Below are positions 1 to 12,994 of a stretch of DNA of 64,000 bases, in pieces. The DNA is from Macrostomum hystrix (lineage: Eukaryota; Animalia; Platyhelminthes), in assembly GCA_950097015.1 (NCBI GenBank), contig CATNEN010000024.1:4712001-4776000 (forward strand), given 5' to 3'. The notes beneath the pieces are model-generated. The model was not told the DNA's origin. It did not search any database and saw nothing but the letters and a program-made list of their open reading frames with translations. The position numbers and the translations under genes were made by a program. The number at the start of each line of letters is the position of its first letter. The stretch's first letter is position 1.

Positions 1-2642
1 AAATTTATATTTCTAATTTACCATTAGAACAGTGCTCTCATTTTTGTGATTAAGCACTCATGAAACTTTTTAATGAGTTGTAATTTAAGTAGCGATGTTC
101 TCATGTTCTAGTTTATAGTTTCTAGTTTACAACAGTTTCTAGTTTATTTAAATTTTTTAGAATAGTTAGTAAAGGAGAGATGGTATGGTATGCAGCCTAC
201 AGGGCTTGGCCCAGCTGGCCCTGGGCCCTGGACCTGGGCTATAAGACATAGATTATATCATATTGTATTCGCTAACTCTAGTGGCAAATTATGTTTCATT
301 TCTCCTAAAGCCTCACCAGTTTGCATAAACCTTAAGCTTAAGCTTTATCTCTAGATTATATACAATAAATATGTTACATGAGGCATTATTACCTTACTAT
401 AGGATCATATGTAGCAATTCCCAATTGCGACTTAGTTTTCCCTCACCTTATCTGTGCATAACTTACCTATCCCTCCTCTGCAACTTAGTTTTCCCTCAGT
501 TGCAACTTAGTTCTCCCTCATACTTGTCACTTAGTTTTCCTATTAACTGCAACTTTGTTTTTTGCCTATCTGCAATTTGGTATTTCTTTGCTTCATGTAC
601 AACTTCAAACTTGTTTCTTTATCCCAATTTTAATATCTTTGTCATCTATTTTTTCTCTTATTCTATCTCCTCTTCTCTCTCTGCTTTCTCTATTTACTAT
701 CTTTTCTTTGTGCTTTCTTCTTTCCCTCTTTGTCCCTTTGTGCCCCCTTAGATTTTTTGCCTTTTTTCAGTTCATTTTTGCCACTTACTTTGCTTGGCCC
801 TCATTTTACCTAGCTGATTCAGTCGGGTATTGCACACCAATATATAGGAATATTGCTATACAAAAATTATATTCACTAAAGTCCTACATTCTCTGGGATC
901 ATGATATTTAATCATGTATTTTATATTTTAGACCCTATCAGAATATTTAGGCCCCTATTAAAAAACCTATAGATTCAAGCTTTAGAACTGAGATAGATAA
1001 ATTGAGATAAATGTGCTGTTGCCTAGTGCGTAGCATTTAGAACACAACACAAAGTGTTTATTTGTTTGTGCTAATCTTTGGGGGTAGTCCATGCCATTGT
1101 TAAATGTTTATGATTGTTTTTTTCAAGCAACAGTTTAGTAGGAAAATTTCATGCTACTCTTTAGAATGGCTTTATAAAATCCTAGCTTTAGAATAATATT
1201 TCTAAGCTTTAGAAAATCCCATTTGTAACATAAAATTGTGCCAGACACAATCTATAGCTTGTCAACTTTTTCTGATATGAAAGTTCTTAATTAAGCAAGT
1301 GCTCAATTTAAATTTCTAGGTGCTAGGAAAATTCTAGCACCTAGCAAATAGCAAAGTGAAAAATTGGACTTTTTTGAAGAAGAACTTCAAAGAACTTACT
1401 TTGAAGTTATAAAACACACCCCTATTGGAATAAATGTTGAAACCCATGGACATGCACTTTAGAATTAAGAAAGATTGGTCAAGAACCATTGGTCAAGAAG
1501 GTGTGCCATTTGTACAAAATAAACTTAAAAAAAATTCCCTCATGCACTGTTACTTATTTTATGCATTTTCAATTGTGTTCAACTGTTTTTCCATGTCTCT
1601 TTCTGTTGGCTGCTCAAGTCTTTTTGAAGAACAGTCAAGTAAGAAAAGTGTGTGCAGTGCACTTTAGAAAAATCCAAAAAGTGCACCAGCTGCTGTCTGC
1701 CAATTGTCAACTTTTTCCAATCAGGAAATGCACAAATAGATAATATATTTTCTGTAAGTTCTTTGACATAGAGAAATTTAGAACTATTCCTTATCAAATG
1801 GTTATTTTATTGAGTTTAAATTTAAAGGCTTAATAGGAATGTAATGGTCTACTTATGTAGTTGCAAAATCAATATTGTTATCTATTAGGTTGGCTCTATA
1901 CTGATAATAATGAGGCTCTAATATATAAACAGTTTAGACCTGTTGGCTATAATACAAAAATAACCCCTGGTCTGACTAGATTGACCAGCTACTTAGATTT
2001 CAATGAGTTTGGTTCAATGATTGACTTTAGGCTCTATCATAGAGCCCCATTCTATCAATTTATTCTGGGGTACCATGGGATGGACTTGGGTGATAGGCCT
2101 ACCGGCCTACCGGCCTCGATGCTAAGGCAGTTGTGTGTGAAGCGTGACCTCTCGATAGTGGAATTGTGTCTATTTTCGTCCAAAAGCCAATTCAAAACGG
2201 CTAGGACACAACTTTCCAGATGGGAATAGTTCACTAAGTGATTTTAGGGATTTGTGTCATAGGCATTTTCCACATGGCGCAAGCCAAATCTGGCCATTGA
2301 CTAAACGTTTGGAGCGAAAAATGCGAATTGAAAATGGAATTGAGATATCAGCTGAAGATCACAGGGGTAATTCAAATGCTCACTTCCTATTTCACAATTT
2401 CCGTCGATGCAATCGTTTGTGGCCCAAACGAAACTAGACACAATTTCTTACTACCACAAATTTATATACCTTTTTACGTTCTATTTGATAAAAACTGCAA
2501 CCAATTTGGCCACGGCTCAGCCTGACGCAGCCGCAGCAATTTTCCATAGACAGCCGCCGCTAGCAGCAACCAATTAGGTAAAAACTGCGAGCTATTTTGC
2601 CAGCTTGAAGATTTCATTCTTATCATTCTTATCATCACTCTG

Positions 2643-2710
2643 ATGGCGAATCGTGGGCCGTACCAAAAGATAAGTCAGCTGGATCGAGAGCGAATCGTGA
2701 GAGCGAGGCA
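2643..2710 (+). pseudogene. Possible N-terminal remnant of an IS630/Tc1-like transposase
   Basis: ATG at 2643 gives MANRGPYQKISQLDRERIVRA, resembling the helix-turn-helix start of Tc1/IS630 transposases; the resemblance is then lost. Recognised by eye only. Confidence 0.3.
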
Positions 2711-3169
2711 TCCCTTATTGAGAAAGAATAAATATCCCTCACAATTTATTCTAAATTTTTTTTCTGTCTCTAGTATAGTTCCAATAAAGCCACTAATATT
2801 TTAAAGTAAGTGTGTTGCCTCAAGTTAAAAATTAAACTATATGTATTTTTGTTTTAGGTGTAAATTTTTTTTTAATATGCTGAAATAGCAAAATTTTGCA
2901 TTTCAATTATGACATTACAGTGAAGTTTCGACATCATATGCCGATGTATGTCGTCAGACTCTAGAAGTCAGTTCTCCTGCTTTGAGCCAATCAATTGATC
3001 CAGTTTGCGCGTCCCTGAGGAGGGCGCGGCCATTTTAGAGCGAAGGACACCGCATTTTTGTCGATGGGGGCCTGACTAGCCTATTCGTTACATTCCAATT
3101 ATTTGACAAAATCAAGATCAGCTTTCTCAGATCTGAGCCTAAAACATCCGTGCACCTCCGTGCAAAGCA

Positions 3170-6100
3170 ATGGACGACGAGGTTAATGTCGCGCTGCGCG
3201 GCCTCGAGCAGGATTTTGAGCGCAATATGCGCCTAAATGAACAGCAGCAGTCCGGCATGCGCGTGAAATGCGAATACAATGGCGAGAAGCGAGTACTGCG
3301 CAATTTTCCTAGGCCTCTGCGATTGGCCGAATTGAGAGAAGAACTATTGTCTAAGTACAAACGTCAGTTAGATATCTACTTCACTATGCCCAATGGTGAA
3401 ATCGATGTGCCAGTGCTGTCCCAAGAAGATCTTGACCTGGTTGTGCGCATTATAGATCATCACCAAAAGCTTAACAGTTTGCGACTGCTGCTTCGGGTGC
3501 CACCAAATGCATCGGAGGAGAGCGGGGAAGGTGAGAGGGAGCGAAATGCTCTTTCTGGGTCTTTGAATAGAATGCCGGAGTCGTATTTAGAATACCAATT
3601 CATAGAAATATTATTCTAATTCCTGGACTACCAATCCTTAAATATCATACAATTCCCAGAATCTCGTTCCCGGAAATCTCATTCTGATTCCAAGAATCCC
3701 AATATTGAGCATTCTGATTCCAAGAATCCCAATATTGAGCATTCTGATTCCAATAATCCCAATATTGAGCATTCTGATTCCAAGAATCCCAATATTGAGC
3801 ATTCTGATTCCAAGAATCCCAATATTGAGCATTCTGATTCCAAGAATCCCAATATTGAGCATTCTGATTCCAAGAATCCCAATATTGAGCATTCTGATTC
3901 CAAGAATCCCAATATTGAGCATTCTGATTCCCAGAATCCCAATATTGAGCATTCTGATTCCAAGAATCCCAATATTGAGCATTCTGATTCCAAGAATCCC
4001 AATATTGAGCATTCTGATTCCCAGAATCCCAATATTGAGCATTCTGATTCCAAGAATCCCAATATTGAGCATTCTGATTCCAAGAATCCCAATATTGAGC
4101 ATTCTGATTCCCAGAATCCCAATATTGAGCATTCTGATTCCAAGAATCCCAATATTGAGCATTCTGATTCCAAGAATCCCAACATTGAGCATTCTGATTC
4201 CAAGAATCCCAATATTGAGCATTCTGATTCCAAGAATCCCAATATTGAGCATTCTGATTCCAAGAATCCCAATATTGAGCATTCTGATTCCAAGAATCCC
4301 AATATTGAGCATTCTGATTCCAAGAATCCCAATATTGAGCATTCTGATTCCCAGAATCCCAATATTGAGCATTCTGATTCCAAGAATCCCAATATTGAGC
4401 ATTCTGATTCCAAGAATCCCAATATTGAGCATTCTGATTCCCAGAATCCCAATATTGAGCATTCTGATTCCAAGAATCCCAATATTGAGCATTCTGATTC
4501 CCAGAATCCCTATATTAAACTCTCATTCTGATTCCCAGAATCCCAATATTAAACTCTCATTCTGATTCCTAAAATCCCAATATTAAACTCTCATTCTGAT
4601 TACCCTAATCCCAATATTAAACTCTCATTCTGATTCCAAGAATCCCAATATTGAGCATTCTGATTCCCAGAATCCCAATATTGAGCATTCTGATTCCAAG
4701 AATCCCAATATTGAGCATTCTGATTCCAAGAATCCCAATATTGAGCATTCTGATTCCCAGAATCCCAATATTGAGCATTCTGATTCCAAGAATCCCAATA
4801 TTGAGCATTCTGATTCCCAGAATCCCTATATTAAACTCTCATTCTGATTCCCAGAATCCCAATATTAAACTCTCATTCTGATTCCTAAAATCCCAATATT
4901 AAACTCTCATTCTGATTACCCTAATCCCAATATTAAACTCTCATTCTGATTCCAAGAATCCCAATATTGAGCATTCTGATTCCAAGAATCCCAATATTGA
5001 GCATTCTGATTCCAAGAATCCCAATATTGAGCATTCTGATTCCCAGAATCCCAATATTGAGCATTCTGATTCCAAGAATCCCAATATTGAGCATTCTGAT
5101 TCCAAGAATCCCAATATTGAGCATTCTGATTCCAAGAATCCCAATATTGAGCATTCTGATTCCAAGAATCCCAATATTGAGCATTCTGATTCCAAGAATC
5201 CCAATATTGAGCATTCTGATTCCAAGAATCCCAATATTGAGCATTCTGATTCCAAGAATCCCAATATTGAGCATTCTGATTCCCAGAATCCCAATATTGA
5301 GCATTCTGATTCCAAGAATCCCAATATTGAGCATTCTGATTCCAAGAATCCCAACATTGAGCATTCTGATTCCAAGAATCCCAATATTGAGCATTCTGAT
5401 TCCAAGAATCCCAATATTGAGCATTCTGATTCCCAGAATCCCTATATTAAACTCTCATTCTGATTCCCAGAATCCCAATATTAAACTCTCATTCTGATTC
5501 CTAAAATCCCAATATTAAACTCTCATTCTGATTACCCTAATCCCAATATTAAACTCTCATTCTGATTCCCAGAATCCCAAAATCATCCCATCTATCTGCC
5601 AGTTGTTGGTCGCGGTTCGCCTCCGCCCGGCACTCTTCCGCCTGGCGCCGAGTCGTTTCTGGAGAGCGCGAGCCAGATGACGGCGAGCACCTGCTCCGAG
5701 GGCGAGTTCATACCGGAGCCGGACATGGACACGGACAGTCTCTCCAGTGTGTCCGAGTCCCGCCAGTCGTTGGACACCTTCCAGATTCGCGCCCGCCTAG
5801 GCTCAAAGGCCAGCGTGTATTCAGACTCGGCAGTTGCTATGGAGGATATTTACAGTAAGCGCGGCGGCGCCGGCGGCACATTTCCTAAGCGCAGCGCAAT
5901 GCGCATCGAGGACGGCAAGTCGTCCGTGCCGAGAACCTTTCCCCGGACTAGAGCGCCTGCCTGCGGCAATCACGCTACGGTTGAGGAGGCTTACGCCGCG
6001 GCTACCGCAGTCGGGCGTCGGGATTTTCCGCGCGCTGATAGTCTCGGGTCGTCTTCGCAACGATGTAAGTTCGTGCGAAATTTTTACGTTAATAATTTGT

Positions 6101-8615
6101 TGACTGCTTATTCATTTTTATATTATATTTTCCCTATTTGTTGAATTCAATGATCGACTCAGTTCGTTTGTTCGATTCCACTGTTCTAAGAATTCTAATT
6201 CTAAGTATTAGTTCGATTCCACTGTCGATTTTAAGTATTCGCTCGATTCCATTGACATCGATTCTAAGTATTAGTTTAATTTCACTGGCGTTTATAAACA
6301 TAGGTAATGTTAGAATGAATTATTTGAGTAGATATTGATCAGTGTACACTGCATTTATAAAGTAGTGGTGCTAATGTTTGTAAAGCTTGTCAGTGTACAA
6401 GGATGTTTGAAGCAGGCTAGAAATACTCTGAATGAAGCGCTTGCTTAAATCGCGTGGCTCGACACGTGAACAAAATTTTGGAGTAGTTTCGATAAAGTGC
6501 TTTCGTGAGTGGTTGTCCCTACACCCACTCACTAGCCGACGCCTAAGTGCCAATGCCCTACCTTCGTCGTTCACTTAGTTCGGTTGGGCTGTAAGCGGCT
6601 ATTAAAATAAGAAGAGAATTATTAATTACTTTTTTGCAACAACGAATGGCAGTTGCCTAGTTCCAGTCAGGGCTCTCTCTCTTTCTCTCTCTGTCTCTGT
6701 GGTGAGCTGCCGCCTTTGTGTATGTAGAGACCTAAGCATACGCTTGAACTGCTAGAGTAGCCGCCTCATAAATGCCCAACTACTATTTAGAGACGACGAG
6801 AAGTAGAAATGTAATTGAGACATTTTAAGTGGATATTACAGATTGAGAATGCTAGGTGTGAATTATTTGTAGGATGCCATTGTCCATTCGGCTTTTTTGA
6901 CTGATGTACTGCTAATTACAGCATTTTTGCATGGTTATGATCATATTATTTTTACTATTAAAACTGAAGCTCGCATTCTTAATAGTACTTCAAAGAAGAG
7001 ATTTTGAAAGTACATTCTCCTGCGCTGACACCCGCAGCTCCCGCGGCGCCAGTCAACTGGATCCAGGGTGACCTACTGGGCCAGGGCGCATTCGGCAAGG
7101 TGTACAAATGCCACGATCAGGACTCCGGGCGACTGTGCGCTATGAAGGTTGTCCAGCTGGACGTTAGCCAGGATCCCGCTACTAGTCGGGAAGTGAAAGC
7201 GTTGGAAGTTGAAATTCAACTGCTTAAGAATTTATCGCACGAGAGAATAGTGCAATACCTGGGCTGTCATCAAGACTCGCACCGGCTCTGCATCTTCATG
7301 GAGTACATGGACTGCGGCAGCGTACGCGATGAGATCAAGAAATACGGCCCGGTCAAAGAGATCTTAGCGAGAAAGTACACCAGAATGGTGCTGGAGGGCC
7401 TTCGCTTTCTACACAGCAATATTATTGTGCACAGGGATATTAAAGGTAAGACTTGCTTCAGCTTTAGTTCTTGATCCCTATTTTATAACTGGCTGCAGTC
7501 CTAGTTAACTTCCAGTTTCTTCCAAATTATTTGCTTGAGTCAGACCGCGCTTCTAAACCCTCAACTAAGGTGATGCAACCCTTCAGTCCTACCACCTTCG
7601 AAATCCAAACACAAGTAATTTTTTCGCCTCTAAATCTTCATTTGAGTCATTTCTTCCCTCCAAATCCTCATCGGAGTCATATCTTCCCTCCAAATCCTCA
7701 TCGGAGTCATATCTTCCCTCCAAATCCTCATCCGAGTCATATCTTCCCTCCAAACCCCTTTTGAGTAATTTCTCCCCTTCAAACCCTTTTTGAGTAATTT
7801 CTCCACTCAAAATTCTTATTTGAGTCTAATCTTCCCTGAAAAGTCCTTATCCCTAGATCTTTAGTGTCTCGCAAATGAAATGCAGTGCGCGAGAAAGCGT
7901 AAATTTATTTATTAGTCAAACAGATCTTAAATAGCGCTTCAGAGCGTGGGGAGGTGCGCGTAAGGTGGCGAGAGTCCGTAACCCCCCGGCTTAGCGAGCC
8001 GGTGGGTCGGGTGCACCCACCCCCCCCAGCCAGGCAGCCCGGGGTTTGAGTGCATATGCACCCAGAGTCGCGCCGCGTGCAGACCTGGCCGCCACAGATC
8101 CTTAAATCAGACCATTCTTCTAAATACTCGCTCGAGTCTATCCCCATAAATAGCTTCCTTTGTTTCATTGCCCAGACTTCCAAACGCACTCCAACCGAAT
8201 TCCAGGCGCCAACATCCTGAAGGACAGTCAAGGCAACGTCAAGCTATCCGACTTTGGCGCAGCGAAGCGCCTTAAAACCCTGCAATCTGCCGTGTCCACC
8301 ACCTTCGCTGGCACCGCGCCCTACATCGCTCCGGAGGTGATTCGCGGCAAGAAATTCGAACGCAAAGCGGATATCTGGTCGTTGGGATCAACCGTGGTTG
8401 AATTTCTCACTGGCAATCCGCCCTACTATCACCTGGAAAATGCCGCCTGCGTGATCTACAGGATAGTCAGCGATCAACAGGTTGACTACAGCCTGCCAGC
8501 TGGCGTTACTGAAACTGCCAAACAGTTCATTGACGCCTGCTTCACTCACATTGTGGAACAGAGGCCGGAAGCTGAAAACCTGTTGCGTCATCGCTTCTGC
8601 ACCGAAGCACTTTAG
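3170..8615 (+). CDS. MAP3K2/MAP3K3: MAP kinase kinase kinase MEKK2/3-like (PB1 + Ser/Thr kinase), 4 coding exons, 546 aa
   Basis: Exons 3170-3530, 5603-6064, 7038-7445 and 8206-8615 join in frame through GT-AG introns (all phase 1; 1641 nt). PB1 domain ([11 protein letters not shown]...SQEDLD...SLRLLL) and MEKK2/3 linker motifs ([26 protein letters not shown]). Kinase motifs: [38 protein letters not shown]. Confidence 0.93.
3678..5580. repeat. 30-bp minisatellite with 32-bp variants, about 60 units, MAP3K intron 1
   Basis: Unit attctgattccaagaatcccaatattgagc; ends about 22 nt before the exon-2 acceptor. Confidence 0.97.
7620..7850. repeat. 30-bp minisatellite, MAP3K intron 3
   Basis: Unit gagtcatatcttccctccaaatcctcatcg with degenerate flanking units. 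Confidence 0.85.
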
Positions 8616-9012
8616 CTGCCCCCAAATCGATTTGCGAGCTCTTGGTGTCTCGCGGCCCTTGATTCATGATCCCCCTGTTCCTAAATTGCTTCTCCCATCT
8701 TTCGTGCTTGTTTATTCTATTTATTACCTATTGTTAGTCATCCTTTGCAGCCCGTCACTTGTTGTTTAAAATTTGCTGTGTACAATTGTTTATCCATGTT
8801 TCTCACTACCTCCACCAGAGTGAGTCAGAACTAATCAAGTGTTTAATATAGCTTTATTTGCTTTGTGATATTAAGCCAATGTGATGGTTCTTGTGGTAAC
8901 CTTTCATTGTGCCCTGTGTGCGCGATGCTTTTTGCATTAATTTATTCGTTTTTTTCTGTCATTTTTTTACAAGTATTTCTCTGCCTTTGCCCTCAGTTTT
9001 AATACAAATATT

Positions 9013-9261
9013 CACTGGCCTAAGACCAGCCGACCCTCACTCTCTTACCCCAATGTACACTGGCCTAAGACCAGCCGACCCTCACTCTCTTACCCCAATG
9101 TACACTGGCCTAAGACCAGCCGACCCTCACTCTCTTACCCCAATGTACGCTGGCCTGAGACCAACCGACCCTCACTCTCTTACCCCAATGTACACTGGCC
9201 TGAGACCAGCCGACCCTCACTCTCTTACCCCAATGTACACTGGCCTAAGACCAACCGACCC
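9013..9261. repeat. 45-bp minisatellite, about 5.5 units
   Basis: Unit cactggcctaagaccagccgaccctcactctcttaccccaatgta. Confidence 0.95.
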
Positions 9262-9973
9262 TTAGCCAACAAGCCAATGGATAACCTGCCAACCATTACC
9301 ATCACTCTCTTACCCCACAGTACACACTGGCTTAGGAACAGCCAAGTCTAAATGAACAAACAGGAAATTAGTTTATTTTCGATCTCGTTTTGACAAGTAT
9401 TGTTTGATTAATGTACATAAGTGTTTAATATGCTCATATTAGAGTTGTACTGCACCAGGTTCTTATTAATGTTAATAGCTTTAATCTATTAAATTTATTA
9501 TTTATTCAAATTTTGTAAATAGGAATTCCACGCTGTTTCAGAACTGCCTGTAGCATTCTGTCTCGCCTTATTGAAATTGAAGCTTTAAACTAAATTGCAA
9601 ATTTTCCACCACAGGCGCCCTTGGTTTTTTGCAGCCACCCACCCAATTGGCCAAGTTGACATTGCGTAGCTGGCTGCTTTGTTTATTCTTTAATACTTCT
9701 TTGTGGGTTTGTCGCCCATCGTTTAAATGCTAACCGAATGCAATGTAATGAGTTAGCTCTCGCTCTCTGCTTAGCCGCTCTATATTTCTAACTGTTCTCA
9801 GTTGTCAAGTGCGGTTTCTGATTTAAATGGGATCTGCCACGTGACTTTTTTCGGGTCTTTAATAATGCCTTTTCGTTCTGTGTTTGATGCCAGCTCAAAT
9901 ATTATCATTTTGGTTGTTGTCAGTTGACTGTTGTCAGTCAAGTCTGAGTCGCGTTCCTGTTAACCCCACCAAT

Positions 9974-10533
9974 CTCACCCGAATGTACATTCTCTCTCTC
10001 TCAATCAGGCTTCACCCACCTCACCCGAATGTACATTCTCTCTCTCTCAATCAGGCTTCACCCACCTCACGCGAATGTACATTCTCTCTCTCTCTCAATC
10101 AGGCTTCACCCACCTCACCCGAATGTACATTCTCTCTCTAAATCAGGCTTCACCCACCTCACGCGAATGTACATTCTCTCTCTCAATCAGGCTTCACTCA
10201 CCTCACCCGAATGTACATTCTCTCTCTAAATCAGGCTTCACCCACTCACCCGAATGTACATTCTCTCTCTAAATCAGGCTGCACCCACTCACCCGAATGT
10301 ACATTCTCTCTCTCAATCAGGCTGCACCCACTCACCCGAATGTACATTCTCTCTCTAAATCAGGCTTCACCCACCTCACGCGAATGTACATTCTCTCTCT
10401 CAATCAGGCTTCACTCACCTCACCCGAATGTACATTCTCTCTCTCAATCAGGCTTCACCCGCCTCACCCGAATGTACATTCTCTCTCTCTCAATCAGCCT
10501 TCACCCACCTCACCCGAATGTACATTCTCTCTC
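9974..10533. repeat. 40-46-bp minisatellite with a variable internal (TC)n tract
   Basis: Unit cccgaatgtacattc(tc)n-aatcaggcttcacccacctca. Confidence 0.95.
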
Positions 10534-11486
10534 AGAAAATAACATCCACCCCACCCAGTGGGTAAATCAACTCATCAAGTATCTAAGTACGTTCTAGTAT
10601 GTGTGTGAGATATTAAAAAGAATAGATAACTTGTGCTTTGAAATTATTTATTTATGAGTTTTTGCAACACTACTATTCAATTTCCTGGCGTGCCTTTAAA
10701 TGTCGACCATGAAAGGTTTTTAGTATGCGACAGTGCTTCAAACCCTGTTAAATTTTGTTGTGACAGTAGATTTCACTCGTCAGCACTACTGCTAGTAACT
10801 CGGCTGTGCAGCGCTGTTCTCGAGGCCTCGCAACCTCGCCAGTTTTTTATTTAGACTTCCCTGTCTAATTGGCCTGTCACTTTATAAATAGGCAGACATT
10901 CCCAGTTTTTTTCTATAACATTTTTATTTACTGTATTCCAATATGGCTGTGGTTAGCTTTGGTTTACCCGGCGCTGCCCAAATCTAGCAATTGTTTATCT
11001 GTTCTCTATTAAAATTTCATCAATTCCATTTTAGAAAGCTGCTCAGAATATTTCTCTGCACTGTTTTGTTAGCCTTTTGTACTTTTAGCGTACAAATGAA
11101 ACGATTTTCTACAGTTCGTACTTTACTATTTGCTGTGACGAGTTGACAGTTTTGTTTGCCTCGAAATAACTAATGTTTGTATGCAGCCCGTATATTCAAA
11201 GCCTTACTAATTGTGTGCCTATTTAATTACTACTAATTATCACCTAATAACTAAACATTTTTATACCAATCGTGAAATTATTTCTTCTTTTTCTAAGAAG
11301 CCAATTGCACGTTTCTCCCCTTACTGTTCTCACAGTGCTATGTTGTTTGCCTTTTTCAGTTTTTTAACTGTTTGTTCTGACTTTCATATTTACGCCATTA
11401 CAGCTTCACGTCCGTGACCTTTGTGTAGTTGCTGCTGTGTTCAGCTTCCTCGAAATAGTTAATTTAGAATCTTGTCTACTCGTCCA

Positions 11487-12266
11487 CTCACCCTAGAGCT
11501 TACGCACAGCAATCCAGACCAACCCACAACCCCCTCACCCTAGAGCGTACGCACAGCAATCCAGACCAACCCCCAACCCCCTCACCCTAGAGCGTACGCA
11601 CAGCGATCCAGACCAACCCCCAACCCCCTCACCCTAGAGCGTACGCACAGCGATCCAGACCAACCCCCAACCCCCTCACCCTAGAGCGTACACACAGCGA
11701 TCCAGGCCAACCCCCTCACACTAGAGCGTACGCACAGCGATCCAGACCAACCCCCAACCCCCTCACCCTAGAGCGTACGCACAGCGATCCAGACCAACCC
11801 CCAACCCCCTCACCCTAGAGCGTACGCACAGCGATCCAGACCAACCCCCAACCCCCTCACCCTAGAGCGTACACACAGCGATCCAGGCCAACCCCCTCAC
11901 ACTAGAGCGTACGCACAGCGATCCAGACCAACCCCCAACCCCCTCACCCTAGAGCGTACGCACAGCGATCCAGACCCACCCCCAACCCCCTCACCCTAGA
12001 GCGTACGCACAGCGATCCAGACCAACCCCCAACCCCCTCACCCTAGAGCGTACACACAGCGATCCAGGCCAACCCCCTCACACTAGAGCGTACGCACAGC
12101 GATCCAGACCAACCCCCAACCCCCTCACCCTAGAGCGTACGCACAGCAATCCAGACCAACCCCCAACCCCCTCACCCTAGAGCGTACGCACAGCGATCCA
12201 GACCAACCCCCAACCCCCTCACCCTAGAGCGTACGCACAGCGATCCAGATCAACCCACAACCACCT
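11487..12266. repeat. 47-bp minisatellite with a 181-bp higher-order period
   Basis: Unit accctagagcgtacgcacagcgatccagaccaacccccaaccccctc; a 40-bp variant (tccaggcc) occurs at 11701, 11882 and 12063. Confidence 0.95.
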
Positions 12267-12994
12267 CGCCACAAGGATAAATTTCAATCGAGATAGATCT
12301 TTTATCAGCTGACACAGCTGCAGCTGGACTAATGTATTTATGCACTTAGTAGTAACTACATAAGACCGTAGTTACCTGGCTTATCTATCAAGCAATCTTT
12401 CATGCTCCGTCGTCCTTCTTTTTGCTTGGGTTAAACAAAAACCTCGCACAATATTGAAAAGGCGTCTTCGGACTAACTGAATGACCCTGGCGTTAGTCCA
12501 TCTGTCATATCATATTTCCCCCATTCTTTGAGCTGCCATTGCCATTCATAACTCCATCGCTGCTGTGTTCATTTGATATCCCAATGCGAGATGCGCCCAT
12601 TGTATTGTGATTGATTTTCTATCAGCGCAGTGCGTGGCTTTTCTTAAGCTAGTTTTTGTTTTTTTTCACTGCCGCTCACTCTGTGATCTCTATCTCCTGA
12701 TAGAAAATTTTTTGTTGCTGCATGCGCCCGTGTACCTGCAAGTACAATTACTATTTGTTCTGCATGGCAATGTTTAGTTAAAAATATTATTTTTGTAGGC
12801 TAAAGAGAGATTTTCGTTGCTACTATATGTGATATTGTTTAATGTCTTAGGATAAAAATCTGCGTATGCACTTTTACTTGGCCTCTTTACTGTCACACGC
12901 TTCTAATAAGATTTTTTATAAATCAAAATTTCACTCTACTGGAAGCACAGAACCAAAATGTGCTTCTTTTTCACGATCACTATCAACAGGTGCA

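Noticed and set aside
371-911. ORFs in the pyrimidine-rich left end
   Set aside because: Low-complexity F/L/S-rich translations; the purine-rich opposite strand has stops in all frames.
1316-1344. 11-bp perfect hairpin CTAGGTGCTAG/CTAGCACCTAG
   Set aside because: Isolated, with no associated feature; a stem of this length is unremarkable in 64 kb.
3638-5497. Long ORFs ([10 protein letters not shown])n, ([10 protein letters not shown])n and ([10 protein letters not shown])n
   Set aside because: Translations of a 30-bp intronic minisatellite that is stop-free in several frames on both strands.
7960-8110. GC-rich intronic segment with small hairpins (GGTGGGT/ACCCACC; GTGCATATGCAC) as an ncRNA
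   Set aside because: No snoRNA boxes, Sm site or SL-like sequence recognised; stems are short enough to be chance.
8884-8892. ATG|GT as a possible LTV1 first exon
   Set aside because: Weak donor (GTTCTT), 7 kb upstream and in the presumed MAP3K 3' UTR; not strictly excluded.
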